A DNA stretch of 47,799 nucleotides from Candidatus Giovannonibacteria bacterium RIFCSPLOWO2_12_FULL_43_11c (GTDB lineage Bacteria; Patescibacteriota; Minisyncoccia; JACPKW01; UBA11713). The stretch lies in NCBI GenBank assembly GCA_001780775.1, contig MFIO01000014.1, positions 5,884 to 53,682 of the forward strand, in the 5' to 3' direction. Both the position numbers and the translations under genes were made by a program. The notes under the pieces are model-generated. The model saw only the letters and a list, made by a program, of their open reading frames with translations, did not search any database and was not told the origin of the DNA. This document shows, in pieces, positions 1-9,612 of this stretch (its first letter is position 1; every line of letters starts with the position of its first letter).

Positions 1-789
1 CCCTGCGTCTTTCGCAACTTCCAAAATCAATTTCTCGTCCAAAGGTTTTACGGTATGGCAGTTTAGAACGACGACTCCAACTCCCTCTTTTTCAAGATCC
101 TCGGCCGCGAGAATCGCATTATGAATAAGGGGACCACATGCGATTATCGCAACATCTGGTTTTTTATTTTTAGATTCAAAAAATATTTCAGCTTTTCCGA
201 TTTTAAACGGAGTCTCTGGAGTAGTACAGATGGGGGTTTTCTCTCTGGTGAATCTTAAATAGACAGGTCCATCAAATTCGGCGGCGGCAAGCGTCGCTTT
301 TTTCGCTTCCTCGGTATCACACGGCGCGATCACTGTCATATTCGGAATCACGCGCATGATTGCGATGTCCTCAATCGCTTGGTGCGTCGCGCCGTCCGGA
401 CCGACGGAAACTCCGGCGTGCGATCCTGCGATTTTCACTGGAACGTTGTTATAACAAATTGTTGTTCGGATCTGTTCCCAATTTCGTCCTGGAGAAAACA
501 TCGCGTAGCTTGAAATAAATGGGATCTTTCCGTAGTTCGCAAGGCCGGCGGCAATTGCCGCCATATTCTGCTCGGCTACGCCCATTTGAATAAATCTTTG
601 CGGAAATTTCTTGGCAAAGAGATGCATTTGTGTTGATTCCGTCAGATCAGCGCAAAGCGCGACAACTTTTTCGTTCTTCTCCCCCGCTTCAAGCAATCCC
701 TCGCCATATCCCTTCCGCGTCGGCGCCTGCTCAACAGTTTTTGGATCTAATATATTATTCGCTAGTTTTAAGTTTGGATTTATGGGCAT
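1..789 (-). CDS. tkt: Transketolase C-terminal (pyrimidine-binding) subunit, runs off the window edge
   Basis: Not in the ORF track. Manual translation from ATG at 789 gives MPINPNLKL...ALCADLTEST...FPQRFIQMGVAEQNM...SSYAMFSPGRNWEQIRT, the typical split-transketolase C subunit. The frame is open to position 1. Confidence 0.93.
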   Translation of the reverse strand, partial: MPINPNLKLANNILDPKTVEQAPTRKGYGEGLLEAGEKNEKVVALCADLTESTQMHLFAKKFPQRFIQMGVAEQNMAAIAAGLANYGKIPFISSYAMFSPGRNWEQIRTTICYNNVPVKIAGSHAGVSVGPDGATHQAIEDIAIMRVIPNMTVIAPCDTEEAKKATLAAAEFDGPVYLRFTREKTPICTTPETPFKIGKAEIFFESKNKKPDVAIIACGPLIHNAILAAEDLEKEGVGVVVLNCHTVKPLDEKLILEVAKDAG

Positions 790-790
790 G

Positions 791-1471
791 TCATTTCAAA
801 AATTTTATCGTTGAAACAATCTCATTAAAAGTATTGATAATTTCTTTGCCAGACTTCAATGGTGTTCCATTCTCATTGGTTACCAAAGTTACTATAGATA
901 TATAAAAATCTTCGCTTAGTGCTTTCAAAAAATAAGCCGTGAGTTGTTGCTGTTTATCCAATTGCAGTTGCCCAGTACGAATTTCTCTGACATATTTTAG
1001 GCCGAATTTATTTTCTAATTCCTTACATTCAACTACATGTGTTCCGATGGGGCACCCACTGTATGGTTCTGCGCCTACTCCCCAATAAGAATAATAAATA
1101 TCAATTCCAACTTCTAGGTTATTAGGATCAGTCAAAGCATAAATTGTTTCCACTTGCCTTTCTTTTTTTTCGAGCATCCAGGTTTCGGGGTATTTCACCT
1201 CAAACCCGTATTTTTCGTTGCGGTAGGTTTTCCAATTAATATCGGCAATATCGAAGTTCGACTTCGATAGATCGGGGCAATCCGCAAATTCGCAATTTGG
1301 GCCGATTCGGCCTACGGCCGAGCCATCGGGGCAGAGTTTGGCCTCTTGAGTACAGGCGATTTGTTGGGGCACGCTTGCAAAATAATATCTATATGCAAAT
1401 GCGGAAAATCCCGCAAACGCCAAAAGCCCAATCCAGAAAAATATGGTCGCGTGGTGATGAGTGAATTTCAT
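791..1471 (-). CDS. Membrane-anchored exported protein with a Cys-rich CPDGS motif and a PsbP-like domain
   Basis: N-terminal TM helix, ACTQEAKLCPDGSAVGRIGPNCEFADCP, then WKTYRNEKYGFEVKYPETW and a C-terminal FNEIVSTIKF, typical of PsbP-like domains. Confidence 0.7.
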   Translation of the reverse strand: MKFTHHHATIFFWIGLLAFAGFSAFAYRYYFASVPQQIACTQEAKLCPDGSAVGRIGPNCEFADCPDLSKSNFDIADINWKTYRNEKYGFEVKYPETWMLEKKERQVETIYALTDPNNLEVGIDIYYSYWGVGAEPYSGCPIGTHVVECKELENKFGLKYVREIRTGQLQLDKQQQLTAYFLKALSEDFYISIVTLVTNENGTPLKSGKEIINTFNEIVSTIKFLK

Positions 1472-2751
1472 TTCGGTTCTTCGGAAGAATTCTTTTTTAT
1501 ATTCGTAACAATCCTTAAAAGAAGAAAAGCTAATATTGCTACGACTACCCCAAGAATCGTCTGGAGAAGATACGGGGAACGCTCGGAAAGCGGAGGCGGA
1601 GGTGGCACTTTTTCAACAAACGCTGGATTTTTTCCAACAGTCGCCACTTTGACTTGGTTCAAACCATTCAAATCAACATACTTTGAAATACTTTCGATAT
1701 CATATTGCGGTCTTTTGGCATCTTTATTCCCGAGATAAAGGTAATATTCTTTCGAAGGATTGAAGTTGAATAGAATTCTTCGGACAAGTCCTGTTATTTT
1801 TGCGCCGGAAATTTCTATCGGCCTATCATCGCGGTTTAAGATAGAAATCTTCAGATAGCGCTTATTGGATTCGGGATAAGAAAATTCCAAATTGGATCCG
1901 ATAAATTTTAGAGTATTTACTGAAAAAATATACGCATAACCGATTGCCCTCCAACTAATTTTATCATCACTTTCATAAATCTGGACAGCCCTGCTAAAAT
2001 TGTCGCTTGTTGTTTCGATCGCAACCTTGCCATGCGGTATCCCGTTCGCGCTTAAGTCCAATATAACGTCCGTTGCCTTATCTGTTGAATTCTGAAGTAT
2101 TTCAACGGCTGGCAAATAGGAAATATCGCGAGCAGAAACCGAAACTTGCGTTGAAACAATCCCACCTGAAATCTTAAGTGGAGTTTCTCCTTGGTTCAAT
2201 ATAGTCACGCGCAAGTATCTGAAGGTTCCTTCAGGATAATAGACAGTCGTATCGCGAACTGATACCGGCTTAATATCACGAACAGTGTAATCGAAAATCT
2301 GTCCGCGTGGATTCAAAGTTCTCCATACGGATTGGTCATTTGATCCTTCAATTTCGACAATTCTTCTGAAGTTTTCAGAGCCAGTCTGGATTGTAACAGA
2401 ATTATGGAATTCTCCCTTCGCACCTACATCCAAAATAAAAGAGGACGACTGATCGCTCGAAGACAAATTAAACATCCTCGAAGCAATATTGCGAATCGAA
2501 CTCTGTTCTTTTTCGATTGCAACCATATATGAAACTTCCCCATCTTGATTTATAATACGCAGATCAGAAAGATCAGATTTTAGGTACGAAAATATCGACG
2601 ATGGCAATTCAAGAGTTACAAATCCTGAAACGGAACCTCCTAGAATTCGCGCTCTATATTCCCAATCCGCAGTGGAAAAATCAGCGAAAGCGGGCTCAAC
2701 CAAAAACAACATTAATAAAAGCGATGAGCCTATAAAACTTTTCTTGATCAT
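1468..2751 (-). CDS. DUF3999-like exported protein with a C-terminal membrane anchor
   Basis: Signal peptide (AFA-D), DLSDLRI motif, two repeated beta-sandwich units ending RYLRVTI/RYLKISI, LYLGN..A..PQYD, C-terminal TM. 4-nt overlap with the DUF2339-like gene. Confidence 0.7.
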   Translation of the reverse strand: MIKKSFIGSSLLLMLFLVEPAFADFSTADWEYRARILGGSVSGFVTLELPSSIFSYLKSDLSDLRIINQDGEVSYMVAIEKEQSSIRNIASRMFNLSSSDQSSSFILDVGAKGEFHNSVTIQTGSENFRRIVEIEGSNDQSVWRTLNPRGQIFDYTVRDIKPVSVRDTTVYYPEGTFRYLRVTILNQGETPLKISGGIVSTQVSVSARDISYLPAVEILQNSTDKATDVILDLSANGIPHGKVAIETTSDNFSRAVQIYESDDKISWRAIGYAYIFSVNTLKFIGSNLEFSYPESNKRYLKISILNRDDRPIEISGAKITGLVRRILFNFNPSKEYYLYLGNKDAKRPQYDIESISKYVDLNGLNQVKVATVGKNPAFVEKVPPPPPLSERSPYLLQTILGVVVAILAFLLLRIVTNIKKNSSEEPK

Positions 2752-4568
2752 ATAGTTAATTTTTGAGATGCTCCTTCAAGTCGGGATCTAAACTTAAAAT
2801 ATAGATAGGAAGCTAAGAGTAAAATAACGCCCAGCACCATGAAGGACATTATTCGAAGCGGAGGCGAGAGAACAGTCAAATCGACTAAGAATACCTTGCC
2901 AATCGTAATGCCAAATAATATAAGAGCCGTCCAACGCAGATAAGCGCTTCTCTTCATTATTCCTAAAGTTATCAGAAGTATCGCATATAAAGTCCAAAAA
3001 ACTGATATTGTCGCGTTTTTCCGGTTTGTTACCGATTTATGCTGTTCGGTCAACTGATTTTGATATACGTTATAGGAATCGTTGTAATAATTCCCTGGCA
3101 CGAAAGATTGCTCCTGTTTAGATCTCATATCATTATTTAGGCTGTAAAGTTTTGCTTCGAAAAAATACGAAATCTCCGAAGTGATCGCTATAAGGATCAG
3201 CAAATTTAAAACGGTTGCGAGAAAAAATTGCGTTCCTTTTTCAAATTGAGTGAATTTTTCTCTATTTTGAATAGCAATATAAGCCATAAGGCTCGAACCT
3301 AAAATAATCATCAGGTAGGTAAAGAATCGCTTATTAAAGAAAATTATAAATGAATTTAGTTGTAGGTTAAGGCTGTCATACGCAAAAAGGCGAATCAGGG
3401 AAATAATTAAGACGCCGAGTGAAAAAATCCGCATGCCCTCGTTCCTGAGGTATGCTCCCAGCGCAAATAAGAGCGCGGCTTCTATTGCCCATGCAATGGT
3501 AATTGCATTTTGCTTAAGCTCGAGAGGAATCGCGATCGTCAGAAAGACAACAGCGATTGCGCCCAAGAACAATGTTAATTTCTTATCTTCCGATCTCAAA
3601 TTAGATGCAATGTAGGCAAGCAAAATATAGAATGCTCCCAATATAACCGCTATAAAGCCGAGCGACAATTCATATTTCGCCTGCAGAAGAAAATAGAGCC
3701 ATCCAAAATACCAAGCCGGATTGATTGTTAATATGAATAAATCGTTCGAATCGGCGAGTTTCTTGTTGGCTATATTGGCGATAACCCCAGCCAAAGCATA
3801 AATGACATAAAATGCCGAAAGAACGAAAATCGCAAAAAAGAGCTTTTCCGTTTTATAATAGGATCCATACCATGAGATGAAGTTTAGGATGGTCAGCACA
3901 AATCCCAGCTGGATTAACGCATGCCATTTCTTGAAAAACGCGACGGCAAGCACCGTAAGATTTAATATAGCGAGATACATGAAAAATCCGAAATCATTGG
4001 AAACGCCGGTTGAAAGCAGAAAAGGAGTTAGAAAACCGCCGAAAATCGATATCGCCGAAATTGGTATCGCGTCTACCCAAACCGCTAGAACAACTCCGAA
4101 TAGCGTGATTAGAGACATAAATCCAAAAGCCGTTCCCTGTCCGATGAAATCGTAATACCAAAAAGCGCCGTAAGTTGAAAGGTATAAAAGCCCGAGGCCC
4201 CCGCCGGACAAAATGAAAGAATATTTTACAAGACGCGGCCTCAAATATTCCCCGAGGAATATCAGTAAAACCCCTCCTACAACTCCCATCGCAACTCTGC
4301 CTGCAGGGCCAATTAAACCATTCTCAAAAGCATATTTGAGAAAGAAGCTTGTACCGAAAAGAATGGCGACAACACCAACAATTCCCAAAATCCATCGTCC
4401 GATGTAACTTTCCACATCCCCTTTGGGAATCTGAGGCGACGACGAAGGTATATATTTTTCTGGCTGGGGAGGCTTTTCTTGCCCAGGCATTACATCCTGC
4501 CTAATATTTAGGACACGCTCAATAGCAGAAAGTCGATTTTCCAGATCTCCAAGTCTCTTATCGTCCAT
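2748..4568 (-). CDS. DUF2339 family polytopic membrane protein
   Basis: ESYIGRWILGIVG...FFLKYAFENGLIGPAGRV and C-terminal KVFLVDL...RIMSF..LG.ILL..SYLY; many TM helices. Confidence 0.85.
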   Translation of the reverse strand: MDDKRLGDLENRLSAIERVLNIRQDVMPGQEKPPQPEKYIPSSSPQIPKGDVESYIGRWILGIVGVVAILFGTSFFLKYAFENGLIGPAGRVAMGVVGGVLLIFLGEYLRPRLVKYSFILSGGGLGLLYLSTYGAFWYYDFIGQGTAFGFMSLITLFGVVLAVWVDAIPISAISIFGGFLTPFLLSTGVSNDFGFFMYLAILNLTVLAVAFFKKWHALIQLGFVLTILNFISWYGSYYKTEKLFFAIFVLSAFYVIYALAGVIANIANKKLADSNDLFILTINPAWYFGWLYFLLQAKYELSLGFIAVILGAFYILLAYIASNLRSEDKKLTLFLGAIAVVFLTIAIPLELKQNAITIAWAIEAALLFALGAYLRNEGMRIFSLGVLIISLIRLFAYDSLNLQLNSFIIFFNKRFFTYLMIILGSSLMAYIAIQNREKFTQFEKGTQFFLATVLNLLILIAITSEISYFFEAKLYSLNNDMRSKQEQSFVPGNYYNDSYNVYQNQLTEQHKSVTNRKNATISVFWTLYAILLITLGIMKRSAYLRWTALILFGITIGKVFLVDLTVLSPPLRIMSFMVLGVILLLASYLYFKFRSRLEGASQKLTI

Positions 4569-4688
4569 TGATGTATTATGAAATGAATCAAATTAATAAG
4601 CAAATCTAAAAACTACCGACCGATTTTTCCGGGCAAGCTTATTTGAGAAACTGGTGATGCGGGCATTTGCACCGAAACAGTAGCCATT

Positions 4689-5549
4689 TTACTGGTGCTC
4701 ACTTGTGATTTTGCCGCCGAGCGTTCTCAATTCGTTCAAGAATTTCACCGCCTGTTCTTTATTTGGCGGGATTCCGTGCCACCTGTAATCAAACTCTATT
4801 TCTTTAATGCCCTTCCCAGGAATCGTGTGCGCGATAATCATGGTCGGCTTTTCGTAAATCGCTTTCGCCTCTTCAACCGCGTTAACGATTTCCTCGAAAT
4901 TATGCCCGTCGATTTCCAAAACGTGCCAGTTAAACGCCTCATATTTCGCACGAAGAGATTCAAGCGGCATTATATCTTCCGTCATCCCGTCGATCTGAAT
5001 ATTATTCCTGTCGATAATTCCGGTTAAATTCGAAAGTTTATTTTTCCCCGCGAACATTGCGGATTCCCAAATAATCCCGCAATCCTGTTCTCCATCGCCC
5101 ATAAAACAATACGTGCGAAATTTTTTATTATCCATTCTCGCGCCATATGCTATTCCAACCGCTTGCCCAAACCCAGATCCGAGCGGACCAGAAGTTATTT
5201 CAATCCCCGGAAGCGCTCCCCTATGGGGATGCCCCTGCAAACGCGTCCCAAATTTTCGGAGAGTTTTCAGCTCCTCTATTGGAAAATACCCTGCGTGCGC
5301 GAGCGTTGCGTATTGCACAGGGCAAATGTGCCCATTCGAAAGTACCAAGCGATCCCGCTCTTCCAATAAGGGATTTCTCGGGTCGTGATTTAAAATATGA
5401 AAATAAAAAGCCGTAAAAATGTCGGCCATTCCCAACGGCCCCGCCGTATGCCCAGATCCAGCCTCAACGAGCATCTCAATAATCGACTCGCGAATATCAT
5501 TCGCCTTTTTTTCTAAAAATTTGATTTTATCGTCGTGGAGATGCGACAT
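4689..5549 (-). CDS. tkt: Transketolase N-terminal (TPP-binding) subunit
   Basis: GSGHTAGPLG, RDRLVLSNGH, RLQGHP, SGPLGSG and the GDGE...N TPP-binding motif. Confidence 0.95.
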   Translation of the reverse strand: MSHLHDDKIKFLEKKANDIRESIIEMLVEAGSGHTAGPLGMADIFTAFYFHILNHDPRNPLLEERDRLVLSNGHICPVQYATLAHAGYFPIEELKTLRKFGTRLQGHPHRGALPGIEITSGPLGSGFGQAVGIAYGARMDNKKFRTYCFMGDGEQDCGIIWESAMFAGKNKLSNLTGIIDRNNIQIDGMTEDIMPLESLRAKYEAFNWHVLEIDGHNFEEIVNAVEEAKAIYEKPTMIIAHTIPGKGIKEIEFDYRWHGIPPNKEQAVKFLNELRTLGGKITSEHQ

Positions 5550-5552
5550 AGC

Positions 5553-5807
5553 TCAATTATAATCACTTTCTCCTTTTTTAATAAATATATCAACTACATC
5601 TATCTCTGCTTTTCCTAAAATAAAAAGAATTCGCCATCTACCGACGCGGATTCTATATCCAGCGGTATGGCCTTCTAATTTTTTCGTATTCGTGGGAAAT
5701 GCTCCTTTTTGCAAAATATTGATAGCTATTCTTATTCTCTTTTGGTCTTTTTTGCTAGCAGATTCAAAGCCCTTAATGGCTCTGGGCCTAAAGAAAATCT
5801 CTGCCAT
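5553..5807 (-). CDS. RelE/ParE family type II toxin
   Basis: 84 aa, basic, KKLEG..GYRIRVGRWRILF; lies directly downstream of the antitoxin. Confidence 0.85.
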   Translation of the reverse strand: MAEIFFRPRAIKGFESASKKDQKRIRIAINILQKGAFPTNTKKLEGHTAGYRIRVGRWRILFILGKAEIDVVDIFIKKGESDYN

Positions 5808-5812
5808 AAAAA

Positions 5813-6019
5813 TTACAAACTTGAAAATTTAATCCTCTTTTTGTTCTTGGGATCTCGTAGTGCCTCTTTTAATCTTGCGGAATCCTCTGCGTCTTCCATT
5901 ACCATCTCTAATCTCTGATATGTCTTCCAATCCAAAATGACATAGCGCGGGTTACCGCGTTCTTTTATTACAGCCGGCTTGCCGCTCTTTATTGCTTTTG
6001 AAATAGTAGCTAAAGTCAT
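5813..6019 (-). CDS. Phd/YefM-like antitoxin
   Basis: 68 aa, PAVIKERGNPRYVILDWKTYQRL followed by an acidic EDAED helix; upstream of RelE. Confidence 0.8.
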   Translation of the reverse strand: MTLATISKAIKSGKPAVIKERGNPRYVILDWKTYQRLEMVMEDAEDSARLKEALRDPKNKKRIKFSSL

Positions 6020-6025
6020 AATTCT

Positions 6026-6054
6026 ATATTAAACGTTTTTAATCGAGAATTCAA
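6026..6054 (-). promoter_or_regulatory. Sigma70 promoter of TA module 1 (leaderless)
   Basis: TTGAAT-17 nt-TAATAT, ending 6 nt before the antitoxin ATG. Confidence 0.55.
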
Positions 6055-6089
6055 ACTGGAATTTTCTTTTACTTACCCGCCTGAATACG

Positions 6090-6332
6090 CTAACTTTTGA
6101 CAGGTCGTCGTGGTAATGTAGCATATTTACTTTTCCAATAAGATCTCCCTGAAATGCCGCCTGCAATTGCCAAGATATAGGGCATAAAAAAACCCACCAA
6201 AAAAGGTAAGCCAGGGCCTTTAGAAATTGGGGATTGTGTAAAGTAATAAATAATTACGAGTCCCGCAAAATAACCAATGATACATCCAGAAACAATATAA
6301 GGCCAAGACCAAGGTTTTTCGTTATTAGACAT
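6090..6332 (-). CDS. Small hypothetical membrane protein (2 TM)
   Basis: Two hydrophobic segments; its start overlaps the rpe stop. Confidence 0.6.
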   Translation of the reverse strand: MSNNEKPWSWPYIVSGCIIGYFAGLVIIYYFTQSPISKGPGLPFLVGFFMPYILAIAGGISGRSYWKSKYATLPRRPVKS

Positions 6333-6954
6333 TTTTTAAATTATTTATCGCTTCTTCTATATTTTTTGACCCGAAAATATAATTCGCGGAAACAAGGATG
6401 TTGGCACCGGCTTCAACGCACTTCTTTCCAGTTTCAAGATTAATTCCACCGTCTGCTTCAATTATAGCTTTTGGATGGGATTCGCGGATGTGCTTAATTT
6501 TATCCAAAATCTCTGTCTTAAATGCCTGTCCTGCGTGCCCAGGATAAACCGCAAGCGTTTGCACTAAATCCGCTTTCGCGCAAAAAGACTCCAATTTCCT
6601 CCAATCTGTCTCGGGACGTATTGCCACGCCGACTTCTTTTTTTTCTTCTTTGATTTTATTTAAAACAAATTCCGGGTCGTGCGCCGCCTCGGCATGGAAA
6701 ATAATCCTATCCACTTTCGGTAAAACCCAATCTTGCCACCGTGTGTCCATATCAGCAATCATCAAATGCACTTCGATCAAAAGCGGCGTTTCGAGCGTTG
6801 ATAAATCCGATGCATTATGCCAAAGCGTATTGAGAGTAAATGTTCCGTCCGCAATATCCAAATGCACCCATTTTGAAAAAGGCTCAACAAGCTTGATTTT
6901 ACTTTTTACCTCTTCAAAACTCTCGGCGTTAATCGCTGGAATGACTTCAATCAT
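6325..6954 (-). CDS. rpe: Ribulose-phosphate 3-epimerase
   Basis: HLDIADG, EVHLMI, FHAE, PGHAGQAF and ADGGIN motifs. Confidence 0.93.
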   Translation of the reverse strand: MIEVIPAINAESFEEVKSKIKLVEPFSKWVHLDIADGTFTLNTLWHNASDLSTLETPLLIEVHLMIADMDTRWQDWVLPKVDRIIFHAEAAHDPEFVLNKIKEEKKEVGVAIRPETDWRKLESFCAKADLVQTLAVYPGHAGQAFKTEILDKIKHIRESHPKAIIEADGGINLETGKKCVEAGANILVSANYIFGSKNIEEAINNLKNV

Positions 6955-8585
6955 TTTTTCTTTGAAATCACAGCTTTTATGAATTCTCTAAAAAGCGGAT
7001 GGGGATTTAGCGGGCGAGATTTAAATTCCGGATGAAATTGCGTGCCAAGAAAAAATGGATGGTCTTTCAATTCTATAATTTCAACCAGCCCCGATTCCGT
7101 ATTGATTCCGGATGTCACAAGTCCCTTTGATTCTAAAATACTTCGAAGCGCTTCGTTGAATTCGTAACGATGTCGATGCCGTTCATAAACTGTTCTTACT
7201 CCGTAAGCACGGCGCGCGATAGTTTTATCCTTGAGGCGGCAGGCATACGCTCCCAACCTCATCGTCCCCCCCATTTTCCCGGAAAAAACCTTCTCCTTCT
7301 GCTCCGCCATCAAATCAATCACGGGATATTTGGTCCTCGCGTTAACTTCCGTGGTATTCGCCCCCTTCATGCCCGCGACATTTCTCGCAAATTCTATCAC
7401 CGCCAACTGCATCCCGTAGCAAAGGCCGAGGTACGGCTTTTTATTTTTTCTGGCGAAAGTTATTGCTTTTATTTTTCCTTCAATACCTCTTGATCCAAAT
7501 CCTCCCGGGACTATTATTCCATCCAATTTTCCAAGCTCTTCTTTCATCCTCTCTGGATTTTTTTCATATGCTTCCGCGTCCAACCAAAAGATTTTTGGAA
7601 TTCTCCCAAATTGCCACGAAGCATGTTTGATTGCCTCGATAACGGAAATGTACGAATCAGAGAGAGTAAATTTACCTGTTCCGAAATATTTTCCAACAAT
7701 CCCAATGTTAACTTCCTTTTTTGAAAAAAGAGCTTTCCTGACCATTCTCGCCCATTCTTTCATATCGCGCTTCCCTTCTTTCATGTCGAATTTTTTCAAA
7801 ATTTTAGCGCCGAGTTTTTCTTTTTCTAAATTAAGGGGCACCTGGTAAATATTTTCTATATCAGGAGCGGAGATAACATCCTCCGGATGCACGTTGCAAA
7901 ACACGGAAAGTTTTTTCTTCCGCGGTTCGTCCAGGGGAACTTCGGCTCGGGCGATTATGAAGTCCGGCTGGATCCCCACGGAATTTAACGCGCGGACAGC
8001 GTGCTGCGTCGGTTTCGTTTTCATCTCTCCGATCTTTGTCGGTATCGGGAAATAGCTTATCAGCATGAATAAAACATCCTTCGGGGATTTCAGGTGCATC
8101 ATCCGAGCCGCTTCTAAAAATAAAATGTTTTCGTATTCCCCCGCGGTCCCTCCGATCTCAACTAAAACAAAATCGGCCTTTGATTTCCTGGCCGCTAATT
8201 TTAGTCTCCTTATAACTTCTTCTGGGACATGCGGAACGATTTGAACGCAATCCCCGTTATATTTCAAAGCCCTCTCTTTCTCTATAACAGAAAGATAAAC
8301 CGAACCGGAAGTCATGTAATTCTCCGAGAAAATGTTTTCGTCCAAAAATCTTTCGTAGTTTCCGATATCCTGGTCGGTTTCCATTCCGTCTTCAGTCACA
8401 AAAACTTCGCCGTGTTCGATTGGATTCATCGTGCCGGCGTCAACGTTAAGATACGGATCGATTTTTACGCAAGTTGTTTTATATCCCTTAGACTTTAAAA
8501 TCCTCGCCGTTGAAGCCGATGCAATCCCTTTGCCGATGCCGGACATCACTCCGCCAATTACAAAAATAAACCTTGGGCTGGGCAT
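6951..8585 (-). CDS. pyrG: CTP synthase
   Basis: GGVMSGIGKG, KIDPYLNVDAGTMNPIEHGEVF, KTKPTQH, PGGFG, GLCYGMQ, ERHRHRYE and QFHPEF. Confidence 0.98.
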   Translation of the reverse strand: MPSPRFIFVIGGVMSGIGKGIASASTARILKSKGYKTTCVKIDPYLNVDAGTMNPIEHGEVFVTEDGMETDQDIGNYERFLDENIFSENYMTSGSVYLSVIEKERALKYNGDCVQIVPHVPEEVIRRLKLAARKSKADFVLVEIGGTAGEYENILFLEAARMMHLKSPKDVLFMLISYFPIPTKIGEMKTKPTQHAVRALNSVGIQPDFIIARAEVPLDEPRKKKLSVFCNVHPEDVISAPDIENIYQVPLNLEKEKLGAKILKKFDMKEGKRDMKEWARMVRKALFSKKEVNIGIVGKYFGTGKFTLSDSYISVIEAIKHASWQFGRIPKIFWLDAEAYEKNPERMKEELGKLDGIIVPGGFGSRGIEGKIKAITFARKNKKPYLGLCYGMQLAVIEFARNVAGMKGANTTEVNARTKYPVIDLMAEQKEKVFSGKMGGTMRLGAYACRLKDKTIARRAYGVRTVYERHRHRYEFNEALRSILESKGLVTSGINTESGLVEIIELKDHPFFLGTQFHPEFKSRPLNPHPLFREFIKAVISKKK

Positions 8586-8614
8586 AAAATATTTGACCTA
8601 TTTTAGGATACCAC

Positions 8615-9067
8615 CTACAGGTCTAGCTTTTCAATACGCCTTTGATGCCGTCCCCCGCCAAAAGGTGTGGACAAGAAAATTTCAACCGCTTTTTTGGCCT
8701 CCTCCTCGGAAATTAGCCGTGCACCTAACGATAAAACGTTGGAATCATTATCTTGCCGGGCCAGTTTAACCGTCTCGAGCCCGCTATCCGGCGAACCGCC
8801 GTAGTACACCTCCGCACGGACGTGTTTGAAGCGATTCGCCTCAATCGCCTCCCCCTGCCCCGAGCCGCCGATGACAATACCTCTAGAATTTTCCGGATCT
8901 TTGGAAACGGCTTCCGCCACGAGTTTAATAAAATCCGGATAATCGTCTTCGGGATCAAGTTTAAAGGCACCTTTATCCTCAACTTCGTGCCCTTTTTCTT
9001 TGAGATAAGCTATGAGTTTACTTTTCAACTCAAACCCCGCGTGATCCGATCCAATATAGATTTTCAT
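8615..9067 (-). CDS. rpiB: Ribose-5-phosphate isomerase B
   Basis: IGSDHAGFELK, DDYPD, GGSGQGEAIEAN, DNDSNVLSLGAR and FGGGRHQRR. Confidence 0.95.
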   Translation of the reverse strand: MKIYIGSDHAGFELKSKLIAYLKEKGHEVEDKGAFKLDPEDDYPDFIKLVAEAVSKDPENSRGIVIGGSGQGEAIEANRFKHVRAEVYYGGSPDSGLETVKLARQDNDSNVLSLGARLISEEEAKKAVEIFLSTPFGGGRHQRRIEKLDL

Positions 9068-9070
9068 AAA

Positions 9071-9337
9071 CTATTTATACGCTCCACCACGCCAATCAAT
9101 AACGTCGATGAAAATTGATGAGTTGTCAAAATTAAATTTTGCGATGATCCTAATCTCACCTTTTCTGATGCGATGGAATTCGTCCCATTTTTCCTTCATC
9201 TTTTTGATATCTATATTCACTTTCTCGCCTTGAAACTTTTTTATCGAAAGACTTAATAGTTCAAGAATGTCATCTTTTGGAATTCTATTTTGTTTTAAAA
9301 ATTTCTCCGATCGCGCTGAAAAATCTATCCGCCACAT
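9071..9337 (-). CDS. RelE-like type II toxin (start revised to ATG 9337)
   Basis: MWRIDFS...IKKMKEKWDEFHRIRKGEIRII...IDWRGGAYK. The ATG at 9337 overlaps the antitoxin stop (TAATG coupling). Confidence 0.8.
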   Translation of the reverse strand: MWRIDFSARSEKFLKQNRIPKDDILELLSLSIKKFQGEKVNIDIKKMKEKWDEFHRIRKGEIRIIAKFNFDNSSIFIDVIDWRGGAYK

Positions 9338-9531
9338 TACAGTTCTACTTGATAGCTTCGCGAGGCTTTGCGTGAAGGCCATTTGTAGAGCTTGACGATA
9401 TTTTTCTGTTCCGCTTCTGATACATAAGGGATTAAAAACGCGCCCAACTTTATCATCTGAGCATCCATAGCCTCTTTTACGCCTTCTTTAATCAAAAGTT
9501 TTATTTTTTTATCGTCTAATTTTAACGCCAT
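9337..9531 (-). CDS. Putative antitoxin
   Basis: 64 aa, translationally coupled upstream of a RelE-like gene; IKEGVKEAM...IPYVSEAEQKNI. Confidence 0.7.
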   Translation of the reverse strand: MALKLDDKKIKLLIKEGVKEAMDAQMIKLGAFLIPYVSEAEQKNIVKLYKWPSRKASRSYQVEL

Positions 9532-9533
9532 AT

Positions 9534-9605
9534 TTAGTTTATATCACAGCTTATAAAAGTTTTCAACTCAAACCCCGCGTGATCAGAACCAATATAGATT
9601 TTCAT
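9534..9605 (-). pseudogene. Remnant 5' end of rpiB (MKIYIGSDHAGFELK then TFISCDIN-stop)
   Basis: 9560-9606 matches 9022-9068 at 45/47 nt; both differences are synonymous. Confidence 0.9.
9538..9566 (-). promoter_or_regulatory. Sigma70 promoter of TA module 2 (leaderless)
   Basis: TTGAAA-17 nt-TATAAA with a TGn extension, 6 nt before ATG 9531. The -35 box lies inside the rpiB remnant. Confidence 0.6.
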
Positions 9606-9612
9606 ATCTGAT

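Larger units (their letters stand above)
9022..9606. repeat. 47-bp direct repeat (9022-9068 and 9560-9606) flanking TA module 2
   Basis: ttttcaactcaaaccccgcgtgatc[c/a]ga[t/a]ccaatatagattttcata read directly at both sites. Confidence 0.92.

Noticed and set aside
4613-4687. Short ORF after tktN (MATVSVQMPASP...) as a remnant of the tktC start (MPINP)
   Set aside because: Only MP..P matches; indistinguishable from chance.
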